DNA of 64,000 nucleotides from Eledone cirrhosa. Lineage: Eukaryota. Below are positions 29,459-41,070 of this stretch, in pieces. The stretch is taken from the NCBI GenBank assembly GCA_964016885.1, contig OZ024745.1:47678001-47742000 (forward strand), written 5' to 3'. The stretch's first letter is position 1; every line of letters begins with the position of its first letter. The notes beneath the pieces are model-generated. The model did not search any database. It had not been told where the DNA came from and saw nothing but the letters and a program-made list of their open reading frames with translations. The translations under genes were made by a program, and so were the position numbers.

Positions 29459-29853
29459 GGGTAGTAGATTGGCAGAATTTGTAGTGTTGAATAAAATGCC
29501 ATTGTAATGTTTGATCTGGTTCAAATATTGCTGAGGTCAACTTTGCCTTTCTTCCTTCCTGGGTCTATAAAATAAAGTACCAGTCAAAACTGGTATATAT
29601 AACTGTCTTTTCCTTTGCTGGCCTTGTGCCTAAATTAGAAATCATTATTAGATTAGATTAAGGTGGTGAACTGAGAATCATTGGTGCAATATTTTTTTAC
29701 AACTCTTTATTTCAAATCCTGCCGACATCAACTTTGCTTTTCCTTCTTCCAGGGTTAATAAAATAGATTACCAGTCAAGTACTGGGGTCAATAGCATTGG
29801 TTTTTCCTTTCTCCAAAATTATTGGCTTTGTGCCTAAATTAGAAATCATTATT
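29459..29853 (+). mobile_element. Two tandem degenerate SINE family B copies
   Basis: TTCAAAT...GTCAACTTTGC...ACCAGT...TTGTGCCTAAATTAGAAATCATTATT occurs twice. Confidence 0.7.
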
Positions 29854-30207
29854 AGATGACATCATTGTAGCTCTCCTTTGGTGTATTGAGCACTTTGTAT
29901 TATCTAGTTGTATTTCACAGCACTCATTTCATACTTGAGTACTCTTCAAAAGTGGCAAGAATACTATTGAAAGTATGGTTGTGTTATTTGGATGGGACAT
30001 TAACTCAGCAAACTAATAAAATATTAACTTTGCAGTCTACTGCTATTTATATCAATAATATATTACATCAGTAGACACCCAGTTATAATTAGGTGGACTG
30101 AGTCATTTAGATTTAGTGCAGACCAGTAAATGGATACAGCCATTAACCCCTTGGCTAGTTGTCAAAATATTCTATAGATTGAGCTAATCAGTTCTCATTT
30201 CACAGGA

Positions 30208-30413
30208 TTAACTCTTAACATCTTGTACCACAGGAAATACATTAGCAAGACATTCTTGAAAAGTATAAAACAGCACTATGGCTACATCGCATTAAAAATT
30301 AGACTTTACTCTAATATTGCTTCTTCTTTTTTTCTCAATGATCTGTCCATTAGTGAAGATGCTATAAATATTTTTTTATTTTCTGCTAAATCATTATGGA
30401 TGTTAAGAGTTAA
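30208..30413. mobile_element. TTAA-flanked (piggyBac-like) MITE, family 1 (relatives near 14585, 42492, 43970, 44540, 45637, 48775)
   Basis: TTAA-CTCTTAACATC...GATGTTAAGAG-TTAA: 11-bp perfect TIR inside TTAA. Confidence 0.7.
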
Positions 30414-33030
30414 TGTAGGCATTATTCAGAAATAACATCTTGCTTTAAGCAGTTATTAATTGCTTTGTTTGCTTGTATTGCCTTGATAGTAAATGTCAGG
30501 CCAATATCAGACTTTTTGTTCAAGCTGCTCGTAATTGGCCACTCATACTGATATTAAGGTATTGTTCTCAAAATAAATATCAAAATCTCGTAGATTTCAT
30601 ATTATGTGAAATAATCATGTAAGATAAAGTCTTTACCACAAAAATACAATAGTATATATAATGTAAATACTAAAGGTTAAGTTCCAACATAATTTTCTAT
30701 AAGAACCATATGTTAAGTTGGTGTCTTAGTAATGTAATATTTAATGATTTTTGTAAATCCCTCAAAATTCTTCATTAATTAATTGAAAAGGAGTGTATTC
30801 ATTAGAAGTACAGTAATGAAAAGGTTAACACCACTACCTGGCTTTTGGAGGCATTTAGACAAGTTAACTGTGTTGTGTTTAGAACAGGACTCCAGTGTGA
30901 GACAGTCAATATCTTGATGTATTACTTCATACTATAGTAATCAATGAGTCATACTTTCTATCTCCCTTTCCCATCATTAGTCTTGCAACCCTTCTTTTTG
31001 TATATTCATATAGTGATTATTTTGTGGTCAGAAAGGTAAGGATAATTGTCTTCTGCTAAACAGTCAATAAATTGTGAAACCTGTAAAAGTAATCTGTGGT
31101 TTTCTGTGTACAAAGAGATGACAATGTATTTACATTTGTTTTGTTTTTTCACAGTGATGTCTATAAGTTAAACTGTAGTTATACCTACATTAGATTTATT
31201 TTAGAATTTCTAATGTGTGCTGTGCATATTTATTAATTTACCACATTCTTAATAATCATCATCATTTTATGTCACCTTTTCATGCTGGCATGTGTTGGAT
31301 GGTTTGTTATAGTTCAAAACCAGATGAATCAAAGCAACCAATCGTGTTTGTTACATTCCATATTTGACATGGTTTCTATGGCTGGATGACCTTCCTTATG
31401 CCAACCACATTACAGCATGTACTGGGTGCATTTTTCATGATACCAGCAGGTTGTGTGTTTTGTACTGCCTGCACTACTACTTTACAGCATGGATTTGGTG
31501 CAATTTATCATATCAAACTTTACAGGGTGTACTGGGTGCATTTTACTGAGAGCTTATCAAATACAAATTGAGTCAAATCCCATCAGAGTCAGCTTTGCTT
31601 TTCTTCCTTCCAAGATCAATAAGATAAAGTACCAGTCAAATACTGAGTTCATATGACTGCTCCCTTCCCAAACATTTTGTATATTAAATCCTCATTTTTT
31701 TATTTTACATTTATTTTCCCATGTTAACTTGAGTGGGAATGGCTTTGTTACAATTGTTTTTAAAACTAGATACCCTTCTTGTATCTAATCATTGATGTGT
31801 GAAATAGGAGACCCTGTTTACTATCAGAATAATGTTTAAACTACTTAGGTGATGAATAATCTAACACCCTAACTTCACAATTATTATGGCTCTAGGCTAG
31901 ATATTTTCATTCTGAAGGAACTTATCCACTTGTGTTGATATAAGTGATTTTGTGACTTTCCTGTAAGCATTGTATCATTATATATGTTATTATAAACGTG
32001 AATAAATTATATATTTCAGGCCTATTGTATTTGTCAGTGTGGACATTATTGATCTTCATTTATTGTTGTTGATGTTCAACCATTTATGAAACAATTTAAG
32101 TAAAATAAATCCATTCTTGAGTTACTGGGTTTTGTAATCCTTAGTTTTTAAATCTTGACACTGTAAGATTACACAGATAAGAGACCCCCCCCCCCCTTCT
32201 CATATGCACACACAAGAATACTGCAGGTAACCTTCTCAGCAGGTTGTGACAGCTAATTTCCAAAACAAACTGTTCATATATTTAATTTTGGATGTCATGG
32301 AGAGGTACAAACTCTGATGTTTCAAACAAAGCCCTTTGTTAGAGAGAGATTTTATTAGTTTTTTGTTGTTGTTTTTTTAGTTCTTTTTTTTTTTACATTA
32401 GGCTTATTTTTTTGTTATTTAAAGCATATTAGCCATTCAATAAACACACAAAAACAGTTATATTTACCTTTAGAAATAAATAAAAAGTGAATATCATCTT
32501 TTTTATGGTTTAGATGATAAAATTGCTTAAGTAGCCAACTTTTGGTCCCAAAGTCACTTGCCAAACAAGTAGAATTCTAAGTAAAAATATTGTATATACT
32601 TGTGTATAAAATGCACCATTTCTACATACAACATTCTTGGCTCAATATCTGACTTACATATAAGGTTTTGTAAGTCCAGTACATACCATATAAGCCAACC
32701 CTCTGTTATATCTTAGAAATGGGCAAAATCCAAACCCTGTTTACAAGTCGAGGCAACAAATCAATGCATTTTGGAGTGGCTTTAAAATTCTGAAGAGTAT
32801 AAAATATATTTATGAAATTTTAATATTTTGATGTTTAAAATGTTTTGAATGTTGTTAATTCTTGCTGACTCAGACTTAGTGTTCTCATTCTTGCAATTTA
32901 ATAGTCTTAGACTTTATCTACTCCTCTTGGCACTAACCCACCCAAAACCACTTCTGTTTCTATGAAACAAAACACTTATTTTAATGGGTTCATACTTAAA
33001 CCTTTTTAACATATTTTTTATATAAGAACA

Positions 33031-33385
33031 TGTAGCGCTCTCTAGACAAATGGAAGTAGCTAGAGTTACTTCCCCTAGAATTTCTAGAATATTCCTTGAA
33101 CTTCCGTTCCAGGTATTATAAAAATTCTACGGGAAGTAACTCTAGCTACTTCCCTTTGTCTAGAGAGCGCTACAAGACTAGCACCCAAAAGTCGAGTGAA
33201 CTGCCTGGGTAGGTTTAAATGAAATATCCGTTAGCTCGGGCAACGGACTCGGCTGTTATGTCCACTAGAGGTATGACTTCAGGCCACCGAGAGAAACGAT
33301 CGATACAGGTCAATATATATGTGAACCCACGACTAACGGGCCATGGACCAACAATATCCATGTGAATGTGACGGAAACGAGCGTC
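33031..33385 (-). mobile_element. Gypsy/Ty3 remnant: integrase fragment plus foldback of LTR-like sequence
   Basis: 33385->33233 translates DARFRHIHMDIVGPWPVSRGFTYILTCIDRFSRWPEVIPLVDITAESVARA; 33031-33174 is a TGTA...TACA inverted repeat. Confidence 0.85.
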
Positions 33386-33673
33386 TTAATGAAATTATAA
33401 TTTTAATAAATACTTCCCAAATTCTAAATAAAAAATACAGTAGTGAAAGGGTTACTTAAGTTTCATATTTGAGTATAAACTTATTTGTAATTATGTAAAA
33501 ATATACCTGTACTGACATGTTTCCACCAAGTTGTAAAGTTCAGCTTATGCATGAAAATGTATTGCTTGTATGTCAGATTTCCAATGCTATTTAGCCATAC
33601 TCAACACTCTGCCAGTCAAATATGTTAGAATGGTGATAGATTACATAGGTGCTGAAACTCTATTTAGATATTA

Positions 33674-34529
33674 CTAGCAGAATGGCCCGGCATTGCTCGG
33701 GATTCTAAACATAGATTGGCATGTTTATCCCTCCTTTCTGAAACAGTACAGAGAAGTATGGAATACCTCGGCCTGGGGATGATGTCTACATTTTGTGCTT
33801 ATAAAAAAAATTTGTCGTAGATTACCAGGAGTTAAACTTAATTGGGTGCCTGAGAGTAAAATGTTCAACCCACGAAAGCCAAGACGATAGGGTTAAGTAA
33901 AAAGGCATTCGACAAACCGAACATATATTTGTTGTGCTTGGTACAATAAAAGCAATAGTTACAGAGCAGTAAGCATGTGGGACACAGTGGTGGAGAGCAA
34001 GAAGGAATTTAGTTGGATACTTTTAAGGTTACAGGTCCTAACGCAACCAAAATGCTAAACAATGTGGTCTCCGGGCAAAATTTTGAAATCTTTTTCAGTC
34101 AAGAAAATTTGTGAAACTTAAGTAATGCAAGTGCAAAGTTTTTAAAAAATCGGTTGGGTACTTCTTGAGTTATAGGCCCTAACGCAACCAAAATGCTTTA
34201 AAAAATCGGTTTTTCGCCTAATGCGGTCCGTGGGGCAAAAAATGAGAAAATCTTTTTTGCTCAAAACACTTTAAACATAAGTAATGCACATTTTGAAGAA
34301 ATCGCCGGGTTTATTGTTCCGTTATGCCTAAAAAAAGCCTTTAAAGCCTAAAATATGCAGTTTTTTGCCTAATGTGATCCCTAGGGCATTGAAAATTTGA
34401 AATATTTTTTGCTCAAATCACTCACACGACCATAAGTATTACATGTGTAAAGTTTGAAAAAATCTGTTGGGTGGTTCTCGAGTTTTAGGGAGATAGACAG
34501 TCAGACATTCTCTGTTTTAGATATATAGA
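33674..34529 (-). mobile_element. Non-autonomous Helitron with internal tandem repeats
   Basis: Minus strand starts A|TC and ends CTAG|T with subterminal hairpin CCCGAGCAATGCCGGG; internal repeats (CCTAACGCAACCAAAATGCT). Confidence 0.75.
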
Positions 34530-34550
34530 TATGTCAAAGACATGTAATAT

Positions 34551-34794
34551 CACCAAGACAGAGCAAGCCCTCACACCGTGAATGAGTCATAGAAGTGGCT
34601 GAAAAATAACTTTGGAAAATGTGTTGACTGATTTTGAGTGGGCCCCACACAGCCTTGATTTAAGCGCCCCCAATTTCTTTCTTTGGGGCTATCTGAAGGA
34701 TAAGGTTTATGTCAACAAACTCAGGACCATCACTGAACTAAAGGAAGCAATCAGGGAGATCAGAACCATCCCTAAGTTTAAGGTGTTATCCTAA
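34551..34794 (+). mobile_element. Tc1/mariner transposase C-terminal fragment
   Basis: HQDRASPH and WAPHSLDLSAPNFFLWGYLKDKVY, a degenerate WPxxSPDL..FFLWGYLK motif. Confidence 0.8.
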
Positions 34795-35207
34795 ATTTCA
34801 TCATGTCTCAAAAAAATCTGTTTGTGTGTATATGTGTTTATATGTGTGTGTATGAATGTATATGTATGACAGGCTTCCATACAGTTTCCATCATACAAAT
34901 TTCTTTCACAAGACATTGGTCAATTTGAGGCTATAGTAGACACTTGTCCAAGATGTCACACAATGGGACTGAACCCGAAATCATGTGGTTGCAAAGTAAG
35001 CTTCTTTAACCGCATGATTACACCTGAACCTATAAACATTTGGGAAACTGTTCTTTGATATAGGAATCATTTTTAAATATTTTTTTTTGTTTTGTTTTTT
35101 TAATTATTCAACGCTAATAACTGCTTTCAAAGTAATTGTTACTTTGTTGAAGACGTTTATTTTCTACTTATTGTTTCTAATGAATTGCTTGTTTTTTTTT
35201 CTTTCAG

Positions 35208-35407
35208 CCCCATTCAGGGCCACTCAAATATGGAATTCTATTGTGGCATACTTAAAAGAAAACGTCGAAGTAAAACGACGGCGCCATATCATGAAGTACT
35301 ATAATAGTTGCTTTACAGGCTGCGCTGCTGTGGATACTGTGTATGCTTACCTGAGCACTGATAAGGAGGTATTTAGTGTCAACATATCACGGGACAAAGC
35401 TGTGAAG
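35208..35407 (+). CDS. DEPDC7: DEPDC7-like exon (DEP domain, first half)
   Basis: ctttcag|..PFRATQIWNSIVAYLKENVEVKRRRHIMKYYNSCFTGCAAVD..DKAVK|gtgagt. Confidence 0.9.
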
Positions 35408-35697
35408 GTGAGTTCAACACTAATAAAATATTTTTATTGCAACCTCCATCCATCTTTGGATGTCGTCATCAGGCGATATCATTTAACATCCACCTTCTCT
35501 ACTAACAAAGCTTGGACAGGTCTTCATAGACAGTCAGTACTCAGTTACTGTCCTCTCACATGAACGGGGGAGGGGGCTGTTCCTATGCTCTACCAAGTGT
35601 ATTTTATTAAGGCACCAGCACTAGGGAGGCTGTGCAAATATGTAATCTGTTGACAATTGATATTGATTGGTGCTCTTTGATTCAGTCATCCTCATCA

Positions 35698-35888
35698 ATA
35701 ATTGTTTCTACTTTGGGCACAAGGCCAGCAATTACCCAGTACATTACTGGTACTTTATTTTATCGACCCCATAAGGATGAAAGGCAAAGTCAACCTCGGC
35801 GGGATTTGAACTCAGATCGTAAAGGGACATAACTATGCTGGAAAGCATGGCGTCCGACCCTCTACCGATACTGCCAATCCACTGCCCT
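35698..35888 (-). mobile_element. SINE family B
   Basis: Matches the other family B copies. Confidence 0.85.
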
Positions 35889-36309
35889 AAATGATTGATA
35901 AACACTATGGCCATTGTTGCCAACTTTAGAGTGTAATGTGGTGTATTAACCATAAGTGGAATGGTGTCACATCTGGGATACCATGGAGCAACACATCTTT
36001 AGGACAGCTTTTCTCATTGAATATTCAGAAGAATTGAGGTTCAGATAGCGGAAAACAACTTAAAATTAAGAAACTCTATTTTGTATTTGAGGTGGTCGTG
36101 TTGATGGCGGTTATAGTAGTGTTTTTGTGGTAGTGTTGATGTGTATAGGTGTGTTTATTAATTCATGCTTTTCAATTTGAGAAAAAAACAAAAGAAAACA
36201 ATTTTTCTCATTAAATTTAAATGTAAATTCTGGTCTTTCTGCTTATATAATTCTTCTGAATATATATTGTCAGTTTACAATATGCAGTCTCTCTGAATAT
36301 ATATTGTCA

Positions 36310-36976
36310 ATAAACGAACTAAGGGAAAAATTAGAAATAAGAGGGATCAGATGTTGTTTACTCGAGGAAGACTACGTTGGTATGGTCACATGATGCGCGT
36401 GAAAGACGACAGCTGTATAAAAAAGTGCAGGGCAATAAAAATAGACGGTAGCCACAGAGTAGGCAGACCCAGAAAAATCTGGGACGACTTGATAAATTCC
36501 GACCTCACACACTTACACTTCTCCAAGACAATGTCACTGGACCGAGATCTTTGGCGCTACACAGTAATAGAGAAGACACGCCTTACCTAAGTACAAAGTG
36601 AAACCTACTACAGTCAGTAGGCACCTCTAACAAAATACACCCCCGTCCCACTACCCCCACCCCATCCACACCACCCCTTTCAATGTAAAGTTATGTTGGT
36701 ACCACAACATCCAGCCCGAAACAAATGAGGTCGTGTAGGTGTCACGACAAAAAAACACACAGTCCACGCTGTAATGTGGCCATGTAGGTAACACGGTAAA
36801 AACCTCCCAGTTCCACACTGTAAATGTGGTTGGTGTTAGGAAGGGCATCCAGCCGTAGAAAACCCGCCAGACAGTCCTATGCGAGCAAGACAACCACTCT
36901 TGCCTCAAGTTGGAAAACTCCCGTCCAAACCCATGCAAACGTGGAATATGGACGTTAAACGATGATGATGATGATG
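36310..36976 (+). mobile_element. 5'-truncated RTE copy with 14-bp TSD
   Basis: Matches 8669-9320; AGTCTCTCTGAATA at 36286-36299 and 36977-36990. Confidence 0.92.
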
Positions 36977-37033
36977 AGTCTCTCTGAATAAATGCTTTCA
37001 TATATATTTCCAAGTTTCCTACAGCTATAAAAT

Positions 37034-37410
37034 AATTGTTTCTACTTTTGGCACAAGGCCAGCAATTATCCCAGTACATTACTGGTGCTTTATTTTATCG
37101 ACCCCGAAAGGATGAAAGGCAAAGTTAACCTCAGCGGGATTTGAACTCAAACCGTAAAGGGCCGTAACTCTATGCTGCAAAGCATGGCATCCGACCCTCT
37201 ACCGATTCTGCCAATCCACCACCCTACAGCTATAAAATAATTTTCTACTTTTGGCACAAGGCCAGCAATTACCCAGTGCATTACTGGTACTTTATTTTAT
37301 TGACCCCGTAAGAATGAAAGGCAAAGTTAACCTCGGCGGGATTTGAACTCAGAATGGCAAGGGCCGTAACTCTATGCGTCAAAGCATGGCGTCCGACCCT
37401 CTAATGATAC
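37034..37410 (-). mobile_element. Two tandem SINE family B copies
   Basis: Duplication ACAGCTATAAAATAATT flanks the first copy. Confidence 0.85.
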
Positions 37411-37987
37411 TAAATATAATATAATATTATATTATAATATTATATTATAATATTATATTATATTATTATATTATATTATATTATAATATTATATTATAAT
37501 ATTATATTATATTATAATATTATATTATAATATATATATTATATTATATATTATATTATATTATATTATAATATTATATTATAATATTATATTATAATAT
37601 ATTATATTATAATATAATATAATATTATATTATATTATATTATAATATTATATTATATTATAATATTATATTATATTATAATATATTATATTATATTATA
37701 ATATATTATATTATATTATAATATAATATATTATATTATAATATTATATTATATTATTATATTATATTACATTATAATATTATATTATATATTATAATAT
37801 AATATATTATATTATATTATAATATAATATAATATTATATATTATAATATAATATTATATTATATATTATAATATTATATTATATTATATTATATTACAT
37901 TATATTATAGTATTATAATATAATATAATATATTATATTATAATATAATATTATATTATATTATATTATATTATATTATATTATTAT
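37411..37987. repeat. (TATTA/TAT)n AT-rich simple repeat
   Basis: Directly visible. Confidence 0.95.
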
Positions 37988-38170
37988 TGGATTGGCAGTA
38001 TCGGTAGAGGGTCGGACGGCATGCTTTGACACAGAGTTACGGCCCTTGCCATTCTGAGTTCAAATCCCGCCGAGGTTAACTTTGCCTTTCATCCTTACGG
38101 GGTCGATAAAATAAAGTACCAGTAATACACTGGGTAATTGCTGGCCTTGTGCCTAACGTAGAAACAATTA
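37988..38170 (+). mobile_element. SINE family B
   Basis: Matches 54669-54860. Confidence 0.88.
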
Positions 38171-38299
38171 TATAAAATAATTGTTTCTACTTTAGGCACA
38201 AGGCCAGCAATTACCCAGTGCATTAAAATCTTAGGTTTCGGGAAGACACAAAGCAAGAAATGGAAACAAAACTGATGGGAAAAGAAAAACACAAACAAT

Positions 38300-39077
38300 C
38301 ATCATCATCATCACCGTTTAACGTCTGTGTTCCACGCTTGCATGGGTTTGGACGGGGGTATTCCCACTTGAGGCAAGAGTGATTGTCTTGCTCGCATAGG
38401 ACTGTCTGGCAGGTTTTCTACAGTTGGATGCCCTTCCTAACACCAACCACATTTACAGTGTGGGACTGGGAGGTTTTTACCATGTTGCCTACACGGCCAC
38501 ATTACAGCGTGGACTGTGTGTTTTTTTGTCGTGACACCTACACGATCTCACTTGTTTTGGCCTGGATTTTGTGGCACCAACATAACTTTACATAGGAGGG
38601 GGTGGTGGGACGGGGTTGTTAGAGATGCCTACTGGCTGTAGTAGGTTTTACTATGTATTTAGGTAAGGCGGGTCTTCTCTATTACTGAGTACCGCCAAAG
38701 GTCTCGGTCCAGTGACATTGTCTTGGAGAGGTGTAAGTGTGTGAGGTCGGAGTTTATCAGCTCGTCCCAGGATTTTCTAGGTCTGCCTATTCCGTGGCTA
38801 CCGTCTATCTTTATTGCCCTGCACTTTGTTATACAGCTCTCGTCCTTCATGCGCATCACGTGACCATACCAACGTAGCCTTCTCTCGAGTAAACATCTGA
38901 TCCCTCTTATTTTTAATTTTTTCCTTAGTTCGTTTATGCTTTGCCGTTCACGTATATTACTATTACACATCCAGCGGAGCATGCAAGCTTCGTTCCTCTC
39001 TAGTCTGCGTATATCCTCTGCGCACAATGCCCATGCAACATTGCTGTTCGTATGCAGGCATCATACAACCTGCCTTT
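38300..39077 (-). mobile_element. 5'-truncated RTE copy
   Basis: ORF 38659..39027 is near-identical to the RTE C-terminus; possible TSD CAAACAAT at 38292 and 39078. Confidence 0.92.
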
Positions 39078-39328
39078 CAAACAATAATAATATTAATAAT
39101 GGCTTCTGATTTAGGCATTAGACCAGCAATTTTTTGTGTGTGGTGGGGTGGGGGGCAATTAAATCAATCCCTGTACTTGACTGGCACTTATTTGAATAAG
39201 CCCAAAAGAATCCCTAGTAGGATTTCAACGCGAAGTGTAATATGCAAGTCTACCTTCAGGTGGATTGAGTCTGGTTTGGACTAATACCACTTTGCCTACC
39301 TCCATTCTACCTCGCATTCAAGTAGTGG

Positions 39329-39890
39329 TCATCATCATCACCGTTTTACGTCCGTTCTTCCACGCTAGCATGGGTTAGACGGGTTGTCCTGTTGTGGGCA
39401 GTGTCTGGTCGGCTGACCTTGTCTTGCTCATCCAGGAACTGATTCTGGCATGATTTCTACAGCTGGATGCCCTTCCTAACACCAACCTCATTTACAGTGA
39501 GTGCTGGGTGCTTTTTTGCCGTGGCACCTCCACAACCACTTTGCAGTCGGAGGGGGTGGGGGCATATTGTCTATATGCTTCAGCTTCGGCTTGTTCCTGT
39601 GGGAAGTAGGGTCTTCTGTATTACTGTGTGATGCCAGAGGTCACGGTCGTGTGTCATCGTCCTTGCGAGGTGAAATTGGGTATGGTCAGCTTTTATCACC
39701 TCATCCCAGATCTTCTTGGGTCTCCCCACTCCGCGGCTTCCATCAACTTCTAGTGCTCTACACCTTTTTATGTAGTTGTCATCCTTCATACACATCACAT
39801 GTCCATACCAACGTAACCTCCTCTCCTGCACACAGCATTTGATTCCTCTTATGCTCAGTCTCTCTCTCAGTTCGTTTATGCTTTGCCGTT
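39329..39890 (-). mobile_element. 5'-truncated RTE of a related subfamily
   Basis: [11 protein letters not shown]...GRPKKIW; related 3'UTR and (GAT)n tail. Confidence 0.85.
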
Positions 39891-39891
39891 C

Positions 39892-41070
39892 GCGCGTGGT
39901 TCAATTCGCTGCCCTTCTTATCAACCGGTACCCTTCTTGATGATGCGTGCACTCACATCGGAATGGCTCAACACCACAGCCTCAACATGTGTGAGCCACA
40001 TAAATGCTGTTGCAGAGCTGTTGTTGATTAGTTCGGCCTGCACCAATTATCATGCTGCCAGAGCTCAGCAGGCTAGTTCCACCGACATGCCACTCTCAAT
40101 GACATAATGAGAGCCTCGACGGCATCATCATCATCATCATCATCACCGTTTTACGTCCGTTCTTCCACGCTAGCATGGGTTAGACGGGTTGTCCTGTTGT
40201 GGGCAGTGTCTGGTCGGCTGACCATGCCTTGCTCATACAGGAACTGATCTGGCTTGATTTCTACAGCTGGATGCCCTTCCTAACACCAACCTCATTTACA
40301 GTGAGTGCTGGGTGCTTTTTCGTGGCGCCTACACGTCCACTTTACAGTGTGGGCTGGGTGCTTTTTTGCCGTGGCACCTCCACGACCACCTTGCGGTGGG
40401 GGGGGGGGGGGGGCATATTGTTTATATGCTTCAGCATGTACCCATGGGAGGTCGGGTACCCTGTATTACTGCGTGACGCCAGAAGTCACGGTCGTGTGTC
40501 ATTGACTTTGAGAGCCAGTAGGCCTTGACCATGGTGACAGCAAGCGCCCCAATGGAATTACCCTCTTCCCTTTTGAAGGAGGTATATCCCTCATCTGGGA
40601 TGCGACATACTGACATATTCTCTGCTTCCAGCTTAGTCACCTCGGCCATAAACCCAAGTACCACAGCTGACAATGCAGAGGTCAAGAAGACAAGCAAATA
40701 CCAGAGCTTGTCCGGCTGCTTCCTCTTTGCACTGGTTGCTGTTGAGACCTCAGACTTTCTTGGAGACTGGACAGCTGGCCTCTTCCAAGAAATCGAATCG
40801 ATAGCAGCCCGTCTGAGAAAGGAACTCCGTGAGATGTGGTGGCTGTTGCAGTGGGTGTCTGTGGAAATGCTTTTGCTATTTTGTCTGCAGGGCCCAGCTG
40901 AAACACTGCTCTGACCTAGGTGTAGAGTCTGTCACCTTCTCCCCTTCCTTTGTCTAGTAGTCCTTGCTCTTCCCCTCATTTTCCTCTGACATTTATAGGC
41001 CTTTCCAATGCTGTATTCTTTTTCTGTATATTTAACCAATTTATAGTTATATCATCAATAAATTTCCTTT
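39892..41070 (+). mobile_element. CRE-like (restriction-like endonuclease) non-LTR retrotransposon 3' remnant, split by an RTE fragment at 40123-40510
   Basis: [76 protein letters not shown]; stops and frameshifts present. Confidence 0.75.
40123..40510 (-). mobile_element. RTE subfamily 3' fragment nested in the CRE-like remnant
   Basis: Matches 39329-39660. Confidence 0.85.

Noticed and set aside
33990-34460. CRISPR-like repeat array
   Set aside because: Eukaryotic context; diverged internal Helitron repeats without unique spacers or cas genes.
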